DNA from: Terriglobales bacterium
Lineage (GTDB): Bacteria; Acidobacteriota; Terriglobia; Terriglobales; Acidobacteriaceae
Length of the DNA stretch: 64,000 nt
NCBI GenBank assembly: GCA_036557105.1
Contig: DATBIE010000108.1
Coordinates: forward strand, 17,928 to 81,927
Direction: 5' to 3'
Shown one piece after another: positions 27,388-36,825 of this stretch (positions are counted from its first letter, which is position 1; the number at the start of each line of letters is the position of its first letter). The position numbers and the translations under genes were made by a program. The notes under the pieces were generated by a model that saw nothing but the letters and a program-made list of their open reading frames with translations, was not told where the DNA came from and did no database searches.

Positions 27388-28722
27388 TCACGGAAGCTTG
27401 AATACTAAAGTGATTGTGGTTGCTCTCCTTATAGGCTCTCCGTTGAGCTTGTATGGTTGGTAACGCCACTGTGAGACGGCCTTCATAGCCGCACCCGCTA
27501 GCACCGGGTCTCCGTTGACGACTCTCAGGTTCTGCAATCTGCCGTCTTCTGCGACAACGCCGTCCAATGTCACCCGCCCTTCTCGCCTCTGCATAAGAGC
27601 TACAGGGGGATAAACAGGGTCTACCTTCTCCGCCAGCGTGCCTCCGGAAATCCCTTGGGACAATCTCGTCACAGGTTCGCGTGGGATGGCGATTGGATCG
27701 GATAATAGTGCAGCAATTCCGTTATCGGAGCTGCCCGATACCATCGCAACCGAGGGTGGAATCGGTGTGCTCTCATCGGGAGATTGCAGGGATCGTGAAT
27801 GGGGTACAGGTACGTTCAACTCCGGAGTATCGGGGTTAGATACGGCTTTAGGCGACACCTCCGCAATTGCAGGCTCGTTCGTGATTTTGCTCGCCGTCAC
27901 AACACCAGCTTGAGGCCTGGTTCTAGTATTGCCATCGCCCACAAGTAAGCGCTCCGAAGGTGAAAAATCTGCTGCTTGGGGAGAGGATTGCAATTCCGGC
28001 GCGTGCCCCGATGCTGCCGCCAAGTTACGATGTTCTGGCCCTTTCCTCACGAACAGCCAAACCGCAAGTGCGAGGACCACAAATCCCGCTACGATGAACT
28101 TGCCTTTGGAGAAACTCAGGGGTATGTTAGCCAGTTTGTCGCGTAGGGCAGATGATTTTTTGCTCTGCAGGGCTGCACTCACCACCCCGGCTAGGTCCTC
28201 AAGCAAACTTATTTCACTGTCGCCGAAGGCGTCAGGCTGCGCTGAGAATGCCTCTAAGATGCCATGAAGATTTGGGCTTTCCCCAATCGGAGCCGCAGCC
28301 AGCGAGCGCAACCCCAGACGTCGGCAGGCCTCAGCATTTACGCGGGAATCGTCCCAGGCATCATTGCAGCAAAGCGCTTTACCCGATCGCAGACACTCGC
28401 CGGAAATGCCCGAACTCTTGTCCAGTCTGCTGCTCAAATCCGGCGCCATTTCCCCGGCTCGGGCCCGGCAAACGATCCACTTGTCCTGCTGCAAGGCTAT
28501 TGCGGCTCCATTGGCGACAGTTAAGAGTTGCGCCGCGTCGACAATGCGCTGAAGCATGGCGTCCAGATTTATGCCGCCAAGAGCAGTGCTCGCGCGCAGC
28601 TGTGCAAGAATTTGCTTAGACTCCCAATTCGCAGTGAATGCCGCCAATTCATGCTCGGGCAGTGATTGAACGCTGGCTCCGTCTGGCATTCGAGGCGCGG
28701 AGGAGAGTGATGGGTCCATCAT
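27388..28722 (-). CDS. GAF domain - TM - Pro-rich linker - TonB C-terminal domain fusion protein
   Basis: ORF 27388..28722 with AAGGAG 7 nt upstream. N-terminal GAF-like region (RIVDAAQLLTVANGAAIALQQDKWIVCRARAG...), one TM (FIVAGFVVLALAVWLFV), and TonB_C (VYPPVALMQRREGRVTLDGVVAEDGRL...YQPYKLNGEPI). Confidence 0.75.
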   Translation of the reverse strand: MMDPSLSSAPRMPDGASVQSLPEHELAAFTANWESKQILAQLRASTALGGINLDAMLQRIVDAAQLLTVANGAAIALQQDKWIVCRARAGEMAPDLSSRLDKSSGISGECLRSGKALCCNDAWDDSRVNAEACRRLGLRSLAAAPIGESPNLHGILEAFSAQPDAFGDSEISLLEDLAGVVSAALQSKKSSALRDKLANIPLSFSKGKFIVAGFVVLALAVWLFVRKGPEHRNLAAASGHAPELQSSPQAADFSPSERLLVGDGNTRTRPQAGVVTASKITNEPAIAEVSPKAVSNPDTPELNVPVPHSRSLQSPDESTPIPPSVAMVSGSSDNGIAALLSDPIAIPREPVTRLSQGISGGTLAEKVDPVYPPVALMQRREGRVTLDGVVAEDGRLQNLRVVNGDPVLAGAAMKAVSQWRYQPYKLNGEPIRRATTITLVFKLP

Positions 28723-29162
28723 GCGGCAACTCCTTCTGTCCGCTTTCTCCGTGCGTAGGGATTGAATTGTAACTCGAAGAGACCTGTGATTGCTTCGCCG
28801 CAGATCATCAGCCCAGATGACAAGTACATGGTGGTAAAAGCCATTTCTATGGGGGGACCTGCGGTACGTACAGAGCTAAACCATGTCCGTGTTTCCCTTC
28901 GGCGAGGAAAACCCGAACAATGGACGACTATCTCGGACTTCAGGAAAGAACCAGCCGCGAGTTTTTTGCCTGAGAGATCTTGTGCGTCGCCCTTGCGTCC
29001 CAAAAACCTCGTGCCAACTGGTGCTGATGGCTATAGTGAGGAGGAGCTGAAAATCCGCAAGTTACAATAGCGGCTGGAATCGGGGTTAGGGCCGATGAAC
29101 AAACGTCAGCTCTCCCTCGATCACTTCATTTCGTACAGCGGCTTGCATTCTGACGCAGGCCC

Positions 29163-29885
29163 ATGGAGCACCTCGTTATGGGTGGACAAGGAATCGAACG
29201 GCGGGAGATTCTCCGCTACATTGGCATCGCTTCGGTGGCGAGCACGTTTCCGGGATTCAGCAAATGGGCGTTTGCTTGCCCTGAGGGGCACACGGTCGCT
29301 GCAGCTTCTCAACCGGCACCGGGCGCATATAAGCCGCTTTTCTTTTCTCCCGAGCACTACGAGATGGTCGAGCACATCGCCGATATGATCATTCCCGAAG
29401 ACGACACGCCCGGAGCCAAGCAGGCGGGTGTCGCCGAGTTTATCGATTTCATGGTTGCGAATCGCGTTCCCGTCACCGGAGCGCGCGAAGTGCGCTCTAC
29501 GGAAGATGCGATTGAAATCGGCAATGAAGCGCAGACCAGGTTTCTTGCCGGACTCGACTGGATGAACGCGCGATGCCACTCCGAGTTTGGCCATGCATTC
29601 ATGGACTGCACTCCCGAGCAACAGAACGCACTGACGGAAGAGCTTGCCTACAAGGAGAAATTCAAGCCGACAACCGAGAGCGGCCGCGCATTCTTTGAGT
29701 TGATGCGTGTTTACACAGTGGTCGGATACTACACGACGAAGATTGGACTCGAGTCTCTTGGCTATCCCGGCCTGCGGATGAGTTGGCCAAAAATGCCGGG
29801 CTGTTCACATCCGGATGATCCGGAGCATTTGAAACTTTCAAAACCTGGGGCGGAAGAAACTTCGGCGCACCAAAACAAGGTCTAG
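29163..29885 (+). CDS. Gluconate 2-dehydrogenase subunit 3-like small subunit (TAT hitch-hiker type)
   Basis: ORF 29163..29885. TAT signal ERREILRYIGIASVAS. It is about 240 aa and sits directly upstream of a GMC flavoenzyme, as in the membrane-associated FAD dehydrogenase complexes. Confidence 0.7.
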   Translation: MEHLVMGGQGIERREILRYIGIASVASTFPGFSKWAFACPEGHTVAAASQPAPGAYKPLFFSPEHYEMVEHIADMIIPEDDTPGAKQAGVAEFIDFMVANRVPVTGAREVRSTEDAIEIGNEAQTRFLAGLDWMNARCHSEFGHAFMDCTPEQQNALTEELAYKEKFKPTTESGRAFFELMRVYTVVGYYTTKIGLESLGYPGLRMSWPKMPGCSHPDDPEHLKLSKPGAEETSAHQNKV

Positions 29886-29899
29886 AGAGGATTCGTTCA

Positions 29900-31597
29900 T
29901 TGGCGACGAAAATTTACGACGTGATTGTTGTAGGAACCGGAGCGGGTGGCGGCACGGCGATGAAAATCCTGTGCGAAGCCGGCCTGCAAGTCTGCGCAAT
30001 CAACTCCGGGCCGCGTACCAATCCCGCGACCGACTATCGGCGGCATCGGCAAGTCTATGATCTGAAATACCGAGGCTACGGCGATCCGTTGCGCTTCAAA
30101 GGGAAAGCGCACCAGGAGCCGTATTCGGTAGAAGAATCGGAATATAGCGAGGGACGAGATCTCTTCGAGCACGATGTCGCCTATTCGAATGCTCCGGGTA
30201 CCGACTGGTATTGGAAGCGCTGTAAAGCGACAGGCGGTAAGGCGAACTTCTGGGGCCGCTCATCGGCGCGTTTTGGCGACATCGATTTCAAGGCTGCCGA
30301 TCTCGACGGTTTTGGCGAAAACTGGCCTGTGGACTATGCAGAGATCGCCCCCTGGTTTTCAAAGGCCGAGAAATACATGGGAGTCGCAAGCACTGTGCAG
30401 AACCGGCCAAGCAACCCGGATGGTGAATATCTGCCGGCGATGACTTGGCGCTGCCTTGACTACATCATTCAAAAAGGAGCGGAAAAAATCGGCGTGCCGT
30501 ATTTGCCGGACCGTTGCGCACAATTGACCGTCGACCACAACGGGCATCCTGCTTGTCACTATTGCGGAAACTGTAGTCGCGGATGCGATGTGGGCGCGTT
30601 TTTCTCGCCTACCTGGTTCACGATACCCGAAGCGGAAATTACTAAGAATCTCACTCTGCTCACGAATGCTCTGGTGCGAAGCGTGCTGGTGGATGCGAAC
30701 GGAATGGCGAAGGGCGTGGCCTATGTTGACCGCACGACGAGAAAGGAAGTGGAAGTTTACGCGAAGGTTGTGGTTCTTGCAGCCTCCTGCGTAGAGACGG
30801 CGCACATCATGCTGAATTCCACGTCACGGCATTGGCCGACGGGAATCGCCAATTCGAGCGGCCAAGTGGGACGAAACTTGTGCGACCACTTGTATGGCTG
30901 TCCCGGGTACGGATATTTACCGCAGCTTCTGGGGCAACCTGCTTTCCCGGACAACATTGCCGATTCCACCGTCGCCTGGATGCCGCGTTGGCAGAACTTA
31001 AAAGATCCGCACGAAGAAAAATTTATCCGCGGCTATTCGATATATATGGGAGGTGGTTGCGGAGAGTTTCCCGGGTACTTCGGAGAGCTTGAAGGCTTCG
31101 GCTCCAAATTCAAACGGGACATCAAGCGTTACTATCCCACGCCGGTTGGCGCACTCATTCAGGCGCCGTCTCTGCCGAGCGCTACTAACTATGTGGACAT
31201 CGATCCTGAAAAGAAAGATATTTTCAGCATTCCACAGCTGCGGTTTCATTTTGAATGGGGAGAAAATGAGCTCTTGATGTGGGAGCACTCGAAGCAGGTG
31301 ATGATCGATTTATTCAAGGCAATGGGCGCAGAGATGTGGGGCGCGGACACCGAGCCAAATCGTCCCGGAACCAGTTTGCACGAAACAGGAGTTTGCCGGA
31401 TGGGCAGCGATCTGAAAACGTCCGTTACGAACAAGTGGGCTCAAACCCACGATGTCCGAAATCTCTACATTTGTGACGCCAGTATCTTTCTCAATTGCAC
31501 TGACAAGACCACGACTATGCCCATCGTGGCATTTACCATGCGCACGTGCGATCACATGCTGACCAATTTTAAGAGCGGCATTCACAAGCGTGCCTGA
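29900..31597 (+). CDS. GMC-family FAD oxidoreductase
   Basis: ORF 29900..31597 with a TTG start after GAGAGGA. FAD fold YDVIVVGTGAGGG. GMC C-terminal active-site region (GTSLHETGVCRMG). Confidence 0.85.
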   Translation: MATKIYDVIVVGTGAGGGTAMKILCEAGLQVCAINSGPRTNPATDYRRHRQVYDLKYRGYGDPLRFKGKAHQEPYSVEESEYSEGRDLFEHDVAYSNAPGTDWYWKRCKATGGKANFWGRSSARFGDIDFKAADLDGFGENWPVDYAEIAPWFSKAEKYMGVASTVQNRPSNPDGEYLPAMTWRCLDYIIQKGAEKIGVPYLPDRCAQLTVDHNGHPACHYCGNCSRGCDVGAFFSPTWFTIPEAEITKNLTLLTNALVRSVLVDANGMAKGVAYVDRTTRKEVEVYAKVVVLAASCVETAHIMLNSTSRHWPTGIANSSGQVGRNLCDHLYGCPGYGYLPQLLGQPAFPDNIADSTVAWMPRWQNLKDPHEEKFIRGYSIYMGGGCGEFPGYFGELEGFGSKFKRDIKRYYPTPVGALIQAPSLPSATNYVDIDPEKKDIFSIPQLRFHFEWGENELLMWEHSKQVMIDLFKAMGAEMWGADTEPNRPGTSLHETGVCRMGSDLKTSVTNKWAQTHDVRNLYICDASIFLNCTDKTTTMPIVAFTMRTCDHMLTNFKSGIHKRA

Positions 31598-31624
31598 AAG
31601 AACTCGAGTGCCGCCGAAAAAGTT

Positions 31625-33883
31625 TTAGTGAGTCGCCTGCGATCTCTCTTCAGTCACTGTGTTCAACTTCGTGAGCATCCGCCCAATCTCTGGATTCGAC
31701 ATGAACTCTTTCCAGACGAGTCCGGTTCGATAGTTTTCGATCATCACCGTGATGGGAGCTTGATTCAGTCCCATATAAATTGGTGAAACCCAGTTATGTC
31801 CCGGGTCGTACGCGTCGCGAGGGCCGTAGATGTCCCAAAGCTGCGCGCCAAGGTCGCGATAGTAATGTTTGAAGGCGGCCATAGAAGCTTCGGGCGTGTA
31901 GGGAAAAGACGCGAGCGCTCCCGTCGGAACAAGCGTCCCGCGATCATGGTCGGCATCAGGCGCGTGCGGCACATATCCCTCAGGGCCATCGGCCGCGGTC
32001 AGGCCCCATGCATCGGGACCGTAGCCTGGGAAATGCTTCGGATCGGCGATGCAATATGCACGATTGATAAGAGCGATATTGCGATTGTTGTCAAAGTAAG
32101 AAGACGTGAATCGATCATGCAGGCTATGTGGGTCGAAACCAAAATAAGAATAGTGGGTGAAAAACAAAGGTCCGCCGGTGCCGACGCCGACGTCGAGCTT
32201 GATTCCATAGTATGTGTGGCCGTTGCCATAGTGATCGCCATCAACCGAACCGGACCAACCGCCCCGATAGTGAATCGCCGTTTGCGACTGGCTTGCCCAC
32301 CCGGAGTAATACATATCAACCGGCACACCATGCGTCGGCGATGACATTGCGAGCAGATATGTAATCATCACCTCGTTAAAGCCAATGAGAGGATGATGAA
32401 TCTGTGCTGCCCATTCAGCAGACCAGTGCCAGTAAAGAAAATCACTCTTCGGGTCAGTGCGGTACCAATCCCATTCCACTGTCTCCCAGAGATGCGTGAT
32501 GCGTTGATACAGATCCTTTTCGGCTGCGCTGTTCCCTTTGAAGTATTGACGTGCGGCGAGCAGGCCTTCCATCAAGAAAGATGTTTCGACCAGGTCTCCG
32601 CCGTTGTCGAACATGCCGAACACTGGCATCGTTTCGCCCGTCTTGCCGTTCATGAAATGCGACCACGCGCCGTGATAGCGCTGTGCGTGCTCGAGAAACC
32701 CAACGATCTTCGTCAATCGCTCGAGACCTTGCTCGCGGGTAATGAACCCGCGGTCCACGCCAACAACTAGCGCCGCGATTCCAAAGCCACTTGCCCCTGT
32801 CGCGACGATTCGGTCATCTCCGGGAATATCTTCGTGAGTCATACCAGAGTACGGATCGGCGCCTTCCCAGTAATAGTGAAAACACGCTTCTTGCAGCATG
32901 GTCAGCAATTCGTCGTCGCTGAACTCGCGTGTTGATGCGCTTACTGCATTCGAAAGAGGAGACACTCGGTACTGCTGGTCCTCGGCAGCCACTTTGTAGC
33001 TCGCCGTGACGCCAGACTTACCCAAAAAATCGGTGAAACGGGTATTTCCCGGTATCTGGATCCCGATCGGTTCAAAGTCTTTCGAATCGCGCGAGCGATA
33101 AATCACATATCGCCCCAGTGCCGGATCGTTAATCGCATCCCAGGTAAGGGTCACATGGCGGTCGTATCCCACTGCGCGGACATTTTGCGGAGGCGTTAAA
33201 GTCTCAGCGGGTGCGGATGGCGGATCAGCATCAACCCGTACTTCATCGAGAATCAACGTGTGTTGCACACCATCCGCACGGCCCTGATGAAAGATAACGT
33301 TCTGAAGATATTGCGGGCGGAATGCGTAAATTGAAGCCGTCTGGAACTCGGCAAATGGAATTCGCACACGCACCCAGCGCCCGGCCGGCAGACCGTCCAC
33401 AATCTTGCCCATGGGCAAAGGCTTCGTAAACGATGCCGGGAACTCGGCGACCTGCAGACCTTCGCGGGCCGTGGAGAGCACGATCATTGGCAAGTCTGCA
33501 GCCGCAATTGCCTGCGGAGCGAAACACCAGAAGTACAAACTTCCTCCCGACAATTCGGGAGGTCGATTGCGGAAGTTCATAACCCGCACCTCTGCTTCCC
33601 ACCCACCGTCCTTCTCTGATCTCCATTGCAGGCGCAGCGCATTCGGAGGCGTCAAAAAGTGCTTTGTCTCGACCGGCAGCCGCGAGTTGGATTGCTCTAC
33701 GAAACTGGCGCCATTGGCCATTGCAGCGCTGTAGAAATATGTATCTGGTGTAAGGCTGTTATCAAAAACGACGTGCCGGTAATATTCGGTGTCGGCCAGC
33801 GAAAACGTTGAGCAGAAAAGTAAAAGTGCAGTAATGGAAAAGCGCGCAATCTTCCAGGGACCACAATCTTTCGGCAATCTCAT
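31625..33883 (-). CDS. Secreted glucoamylase-like / GH144-like (beta-1,2-glucanase family) protein with an N-terminal accessory domain
   Basis: ORF 31625..33883 with a signal peptide. The C-terminal roughly 430 aa ([39 protein letters not shown]...) resemble the DUF3131/GH144 (alpha/alpha)6 family as I remember it. This was not searched. Confidence 0.6.
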   Translation of the reverse strand: MRLPKDCGPWKIARFSITALLLFCSTFSLADTEYYRHVVFDNSLTPDTYFYSAAMANGASFVEQSNSRLPVETKHFLTPPNALRLQWRSEKDGGWEAEVRVMNFRNRPPELSGGSLYFWCFAPQAIAAADLPMIVLSTAREGLQVAEFPASFTKPLPMGKIVDGLPAGRWVRVRIPFAEFQTASIYAFRPQYLQNVIFHQGRADGVQHTLILDEVRVDADPPSAPAETLTPPQNVRAVGYDRHVTLTWDAINDPALGRYVIYRSRDSKDFEPIGIQIPGNTRFTDFLGKSGVTASYKVAAEDQQYRVSPLSNAVSASTREFSDDELLTMLQEACFHYYWEGADPYSGMTHEDIPGDDRIVATGASGFGIAALVVGVDRGFITREQGLERLTKIVGFLEHAQRYHGAWSHFMNGKTGETMPVFGMFDNGGDLVETSFLMEGLLAARQYFKGNSAAEKDLYQRITHLWETVEWDWYRTDPKSDFLYWHWSAEWAAQIHHPLIGFNEVMITYLLAMSSPTHGVPVDMYYSGWASQSQTAIHYRGGWSGSVDGDHYGNGHTYYGIKLDVGVGTGGPLFFTHYSYFGFDPHSLHDRFTSSYFDNNRNIALINRAYCIADPKHFPGYGPDAWGLTAADGPEGYVPHAPDADHDRGTLVPTGALASFPYTPEASMAAFKHYYRDLGAQLWDIYGPRDAYDPGHNWVSPIYMGLNQAPITVMIENYRTGLVWKEFMSNPEIGRMLTKLNTVTEERSQATH

Positions 33884-34009
33884 TCGTGTGCCTCATTCCT
33901 CGAATGGGTTCTATTAAGTGTTATACATTTTGATCGTCACTGGTAGATCGGCACGTGTGAAAAAACAACGTCCGGAGCGCATCCCTTGGCGCGAGTGGCC
34001 TATTTCCAC

Positions 34010-34135
34010 TTTTATCAGTCGGATTGCTTTGTGATCTGCTTTTCGGAAATCGTCACCACGTGACAAAATCAAGGTCAATCGACTGCCTCTACAGAGCGAT
34101 CCTGCTGGATGGTATGCAAGTGCCTCGCACTCAGA
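34010..34135 (-). pseudogene. Decayed 5' fragment of a paralogue of the sensor kinase gene at 2886..4553
   Basis: The minus strand translates as LSARHLHTIQQDRSVEAVD*P*FCHVVTISEKQI. Kinase residues 31-64 read LSARHLQTIQRDRVVEAAIERDFSQVLAISEKQI. The fragment has two in-frame stops and no start codon, and about 166 nt equivalent to 4464..4629 are missing. Confidence 0.75.
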
Positions 34136-34136
34136 C

Positions 34137-34180
34137 TGTCAAACCATGGTGAAAGGACATAAAAAATTGTGAATTGAACG
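34137..34180 (-). promoter_or_regulatory. Second copy of the kinase-operon upstream element (phased TT[CT]A[CT] repeats + TTGACA)
   Basis: The minus-strand sequence reads CGTTCAATTCACAATTTTTTATGTCCTTTCACCATGGTTTGACA. It is collinear with 4630..4673 and faces the GH144-like gene start (33883). Confidence 0.45.
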
Positions 34181-34292
34181 TTGCGAAAGGTGTACTCTTC
34201 TGGACTGAAGAAAATTGACATTCAATTCTAAGGAGTCTCCAGGACTTCGTCCGGACCATTCCAGCGAAAGTAGTAGTTGATCTGATGAGCTA

Positions 34293-35348
34293 ATGATTAT
34301 GAATAGTTTGACGCGACGTTCGCTTCTCGCAAAATGCTCAGCCGCTAGTGTGGTTGCGGTTTTCCCGCCTTTCTACGTTCATGCGTCGGATAAGTCGGGC
34401 AACCGATCGCCAGTTGTCGGTTCGGGCGCGCATACCTACGAGTGCATCCATGATTGGCTCGCCCCTCCTCCTGGTCTGGTGTGGGGTGATACGCACGGGC
34501 TCTGTCAGGACCAGCAGGGGCACATCTATGTCGGACACACAGTCAACAAGTCGAGTATGCGCGGCGAAGCCGTGGTTGTGTATGACGAGAAAGGCCGGTT
34601 TATCCGGGCATTCGGCGAGGAGTTTCGTGGTGGCGCCCACGGGCTTAAGTTACGGCGCGAGGGAACCGAAGAATTCCTTTATCACAGCGATATCAATAGT
34701 TGCCGTGTCGTAAAGACAACCCTGATCGGAAAATGGATTTGGGTTCACGGATATCCAAAAGAGGACTCGAACTATAGCGAAAAACCCATCGACTTTGTGC
34801 CCACAAATGTCGCTTTCGCTCCGAACGGCGACTTCTATGTAGGCGATGGTTACGGATCGAGTCACATATTGCACTTTTCACTGAATGGCGAATTCTTAGG
34901 TGAAGTGGCAAAGCCCGGGCAAGAGGACGGAGAACTGCAAACACCGCATGGCCTATGGGTGGATCCACGGGGAGAAAAGCCGCTCCTCGCGGTTGCTGAT
35001 CGGGGAAATTACCGCATCCAGATATTCGCACTCGACGGCACGCATTTGCGGACAATCAAGAATGAAGTCCGCATGCCGTGCAACTTCCATGTTCAAGGCG
35101 AATGGATGGTTTGTCCCGATCTTGACAGCCAGGTTTGCATTCTGGATCGCAATTACAATGTGGTTGCGCAACTCGGCGATGGACAGGCCGAGAACGGCGA
35201 AGTCGGATCGCGGCGCAGCCAGTCTCGTTCGCAATTCACTCCCGGCAAGTTCATTACGCCGCATGACGCAATTTTTCTTCCCAATGGCGACATTCTGGTA
35301 GCGGAGTGGCTCCCCATCGGGCGCATCACTCTATTGCGCAAGACCTAG
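34293..35348 (+). CDS. NHL-repeat six-bladed beta-propeller protein (peptidyl-hydroxyglycine lyase-like fold), TAT-like signal
   Basis: ORF 34293..35348. Signal LTRRSLLAKCSAASVVAV. NHL-type repeats (FYVGDGYGSSHILHFSLNGEFL, LAVADRGNYRIQIFALDGTHL, ILVAEW). Confidence 0.7.
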   Translation: MIMNSLTRRSLLAKCSAASVVAVFPPFYVHASDKSGNRSPVVGSGAHTYECIHDWLAPPPGLVWGDTHGLCQDQQGHIYVGHTVNKSSMRGEAVVVYDEKGRFIRAFGEEFRGGAHGLKLRREGTEEFLYHSDINSCRVVKTTLIGKWIWVHGYPKEDSNYSEKPIDFVPTNVAFAPNGDFYVGDGYGSSHILHFSLNGEFLGEVAKPGQEDGELQTPHGLWVDPRGEKPLLAVADRGNYRIQIFALDGTHLRTIKNEVRMPCNFHVQGEWMVCPDLDSQVCILDRNYNVVAQLGDGQAENGEVGSRRSQSRSQFTPGKFITPHDAIFLPNGDILVAEWLPIGRITLLRKT

Positions 35349-35388
35349 CGCAACGGATCCAGAGAATAGAAGTGCGGCTAGAGTTCGA

Positions 35389-36825
35389 TCAGCGAGTTAC
35401 ATCGGCAGTCGTGGCTGATTGGCCAGAATCAGCGGACGTGTCGAAAAAATAGATATGCCGTAGGTTGGGCATCTTCTTTATAGGTTCGAGTGCGCTGCTG
35501 GTGACCTTTGTTCCGCTCAGGTTCAAGTATGTAAGGTGCGACAGCGAGGACAGTTTCGCGAGCGTTTTTCCGGTGATTGCCGTATCTTCCAGATGAAGAA
35601 TGCGTAACTGGGTGAACTTGCTTATCGTGTCCATGGATGCGTCGGTCACTGCAGTCCGCCCAAGTTCTGCCTCGACGATAAAAGGTGCGAACCGCTGGAA
35701 TCGCGCGAGTTGTGCGTCGTCAAAGGTGGCTGCTACATCGACCGTCCGAAGAATCAGACCGTCGGAGGCGCGAGCAGAAACCGCGACTAGTTTCGCGCCG
35801 GAAGATTGTTGCATCTGCCGAATATCTTTCATCAGTCCGCTGTAGTCGCCTACCGGCTCAAAGGGCACGTCAGCGTTTGCAGCAGCCAAAGTAATTCCCT
35901 GAACGGTCGTGGCAGATGGGGAGGCGCCGGCAAGAATCCAGGCGCGAAGAGTGGAAATTTCGTCCGGAGTTAAAGGCGTTCGCCCTTCTGCCGGCATAAA
36001 GTGCTTATCACCAGGAGAAAGCGTCACTCTTTGCACCAACAGGCTGCCGTCGGGATTTTTCGGTTTGACCACGATGCCGTCTTTCCCACCCTTCATTAAG
36101 AGCTCATACAAGTCGAGACGAAGGCCCGACTGTTCTTTGCTTGACCCATGGCAGGCAACGCACTTGGCGTCAAGAATCGGATGAATGCTTCGCATGTAAA
36201 CCGATCCGACATAGGCGGCGTCAGAACCCAGTGAACTTGATCCGACAATCCGCTTCATTGGACCCGGCATGTAGCGGGTCAGGTAATCACTCCCGTGGGT
36301 GAGCGAACCTCCGAGGTGTGCAGTAAAAGTAAGCGTCAACAAGGTTACGGCGAGCACTACGGGATAGACGCGCCGGACCTGACCTGCGGCCCATGGAGGT
36401 CGAACGATGAGGCAAACGAGCAATTCGACCAGCAAGACGATGCCCGCCCACATGTGTCGGGTGACGGTGGTTCCGCTGACGCCGCTGCCGTAGGCCAACA
36501 AGATTCCGAAAGCGAGTGTAATCACGCAAGCGGCGACGGCAATTTGCAAAACGAAGCCCGCGGCTTCGCGCAAAGCAGGCCGGGTGCTTCCGGCAAGCTC
36601 CAGCAATGGCAGCAGCACGAGGAAGCCGATTGGGAGGTGTACCAGCAGAGGATGGAAGCGCCCGAAAAACTCCAGCCACTCCGCATGAGGACGTCCATCG
36701 AGATGAATCAGGAACGGCAGAACGAACAGAACAATGGCGGCTCCAAGCACGAGAAACCACTGCCTTGCCCTGGGTTGCGCCCAGAGACTGCGCACCGCAA
36801 TTTCGACCCTCTTGGCAGCGATCAA
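35389..36825 (-). CDS. Polytopic membrane protein with CxxCH (PSCyt-type) domain and leucine-rich repeats (module B, gene 3)
   Basis: ORF 35389..36825. Its TTG start overlaps the DUF1501 stop (TTGA). Paralogue of 19012..20475: [37 protein letters not shown], and LRRs ([35 protein letters not shown]). Confidence 0.75.
   Translation of the reverse strand: MIAAKRVEIAVRSLWAQPRARQWFLVLGAAIVLFVLPFLIHLDGRPHAEWLEFFGRFHPLLVHLPIGFLVLLPLLELAGSTRPALREAAGFVLQIAVAACVITLAFGILLAYGSGVSGTTVTRHMWAGIVLLVELLVCLIVRPPWAAGQVRRVYPVVLAVTLLTLTFTAHLGGSLTHGSDYLTRYMPGPMKRIVGSSSLGSDAAYVGSVYMRSIHPILDAKCVACHGSSKEQSGLRLDLYELLMKGGKDGIVVKPKNPDGSLLVQRVTLSPGDKHFMPAEGRTPLTPDEISTLRAWILAGASPSATTVQGITLAAANADVPFEPVGDYSGLMKDIRQMQQSSGAKLVAVSARASDGLILRTVDVAATFDDAQLARFQRFAPFIVEAELGRTAVTDASMDTISKFTQLRILHLEDTAITGKTLAKLSSLSHLTYLNLSGTKVTSSALEPIKKMPNLRHIYFFDTSADSGQSATTADVTR

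Noticed and set aside
28763-28778. TGAATTGTAACTCGAA upstream of the GAF-TonB gene matches 13 of 16 positions of TGAATTGCAACTTCAA at the edge of the kinase upstream element.
   Set aside because: The match is short and lacks the phased TTCAC repeats and the TTGACA. It may be chance, so it is mentioned only inside another finding.
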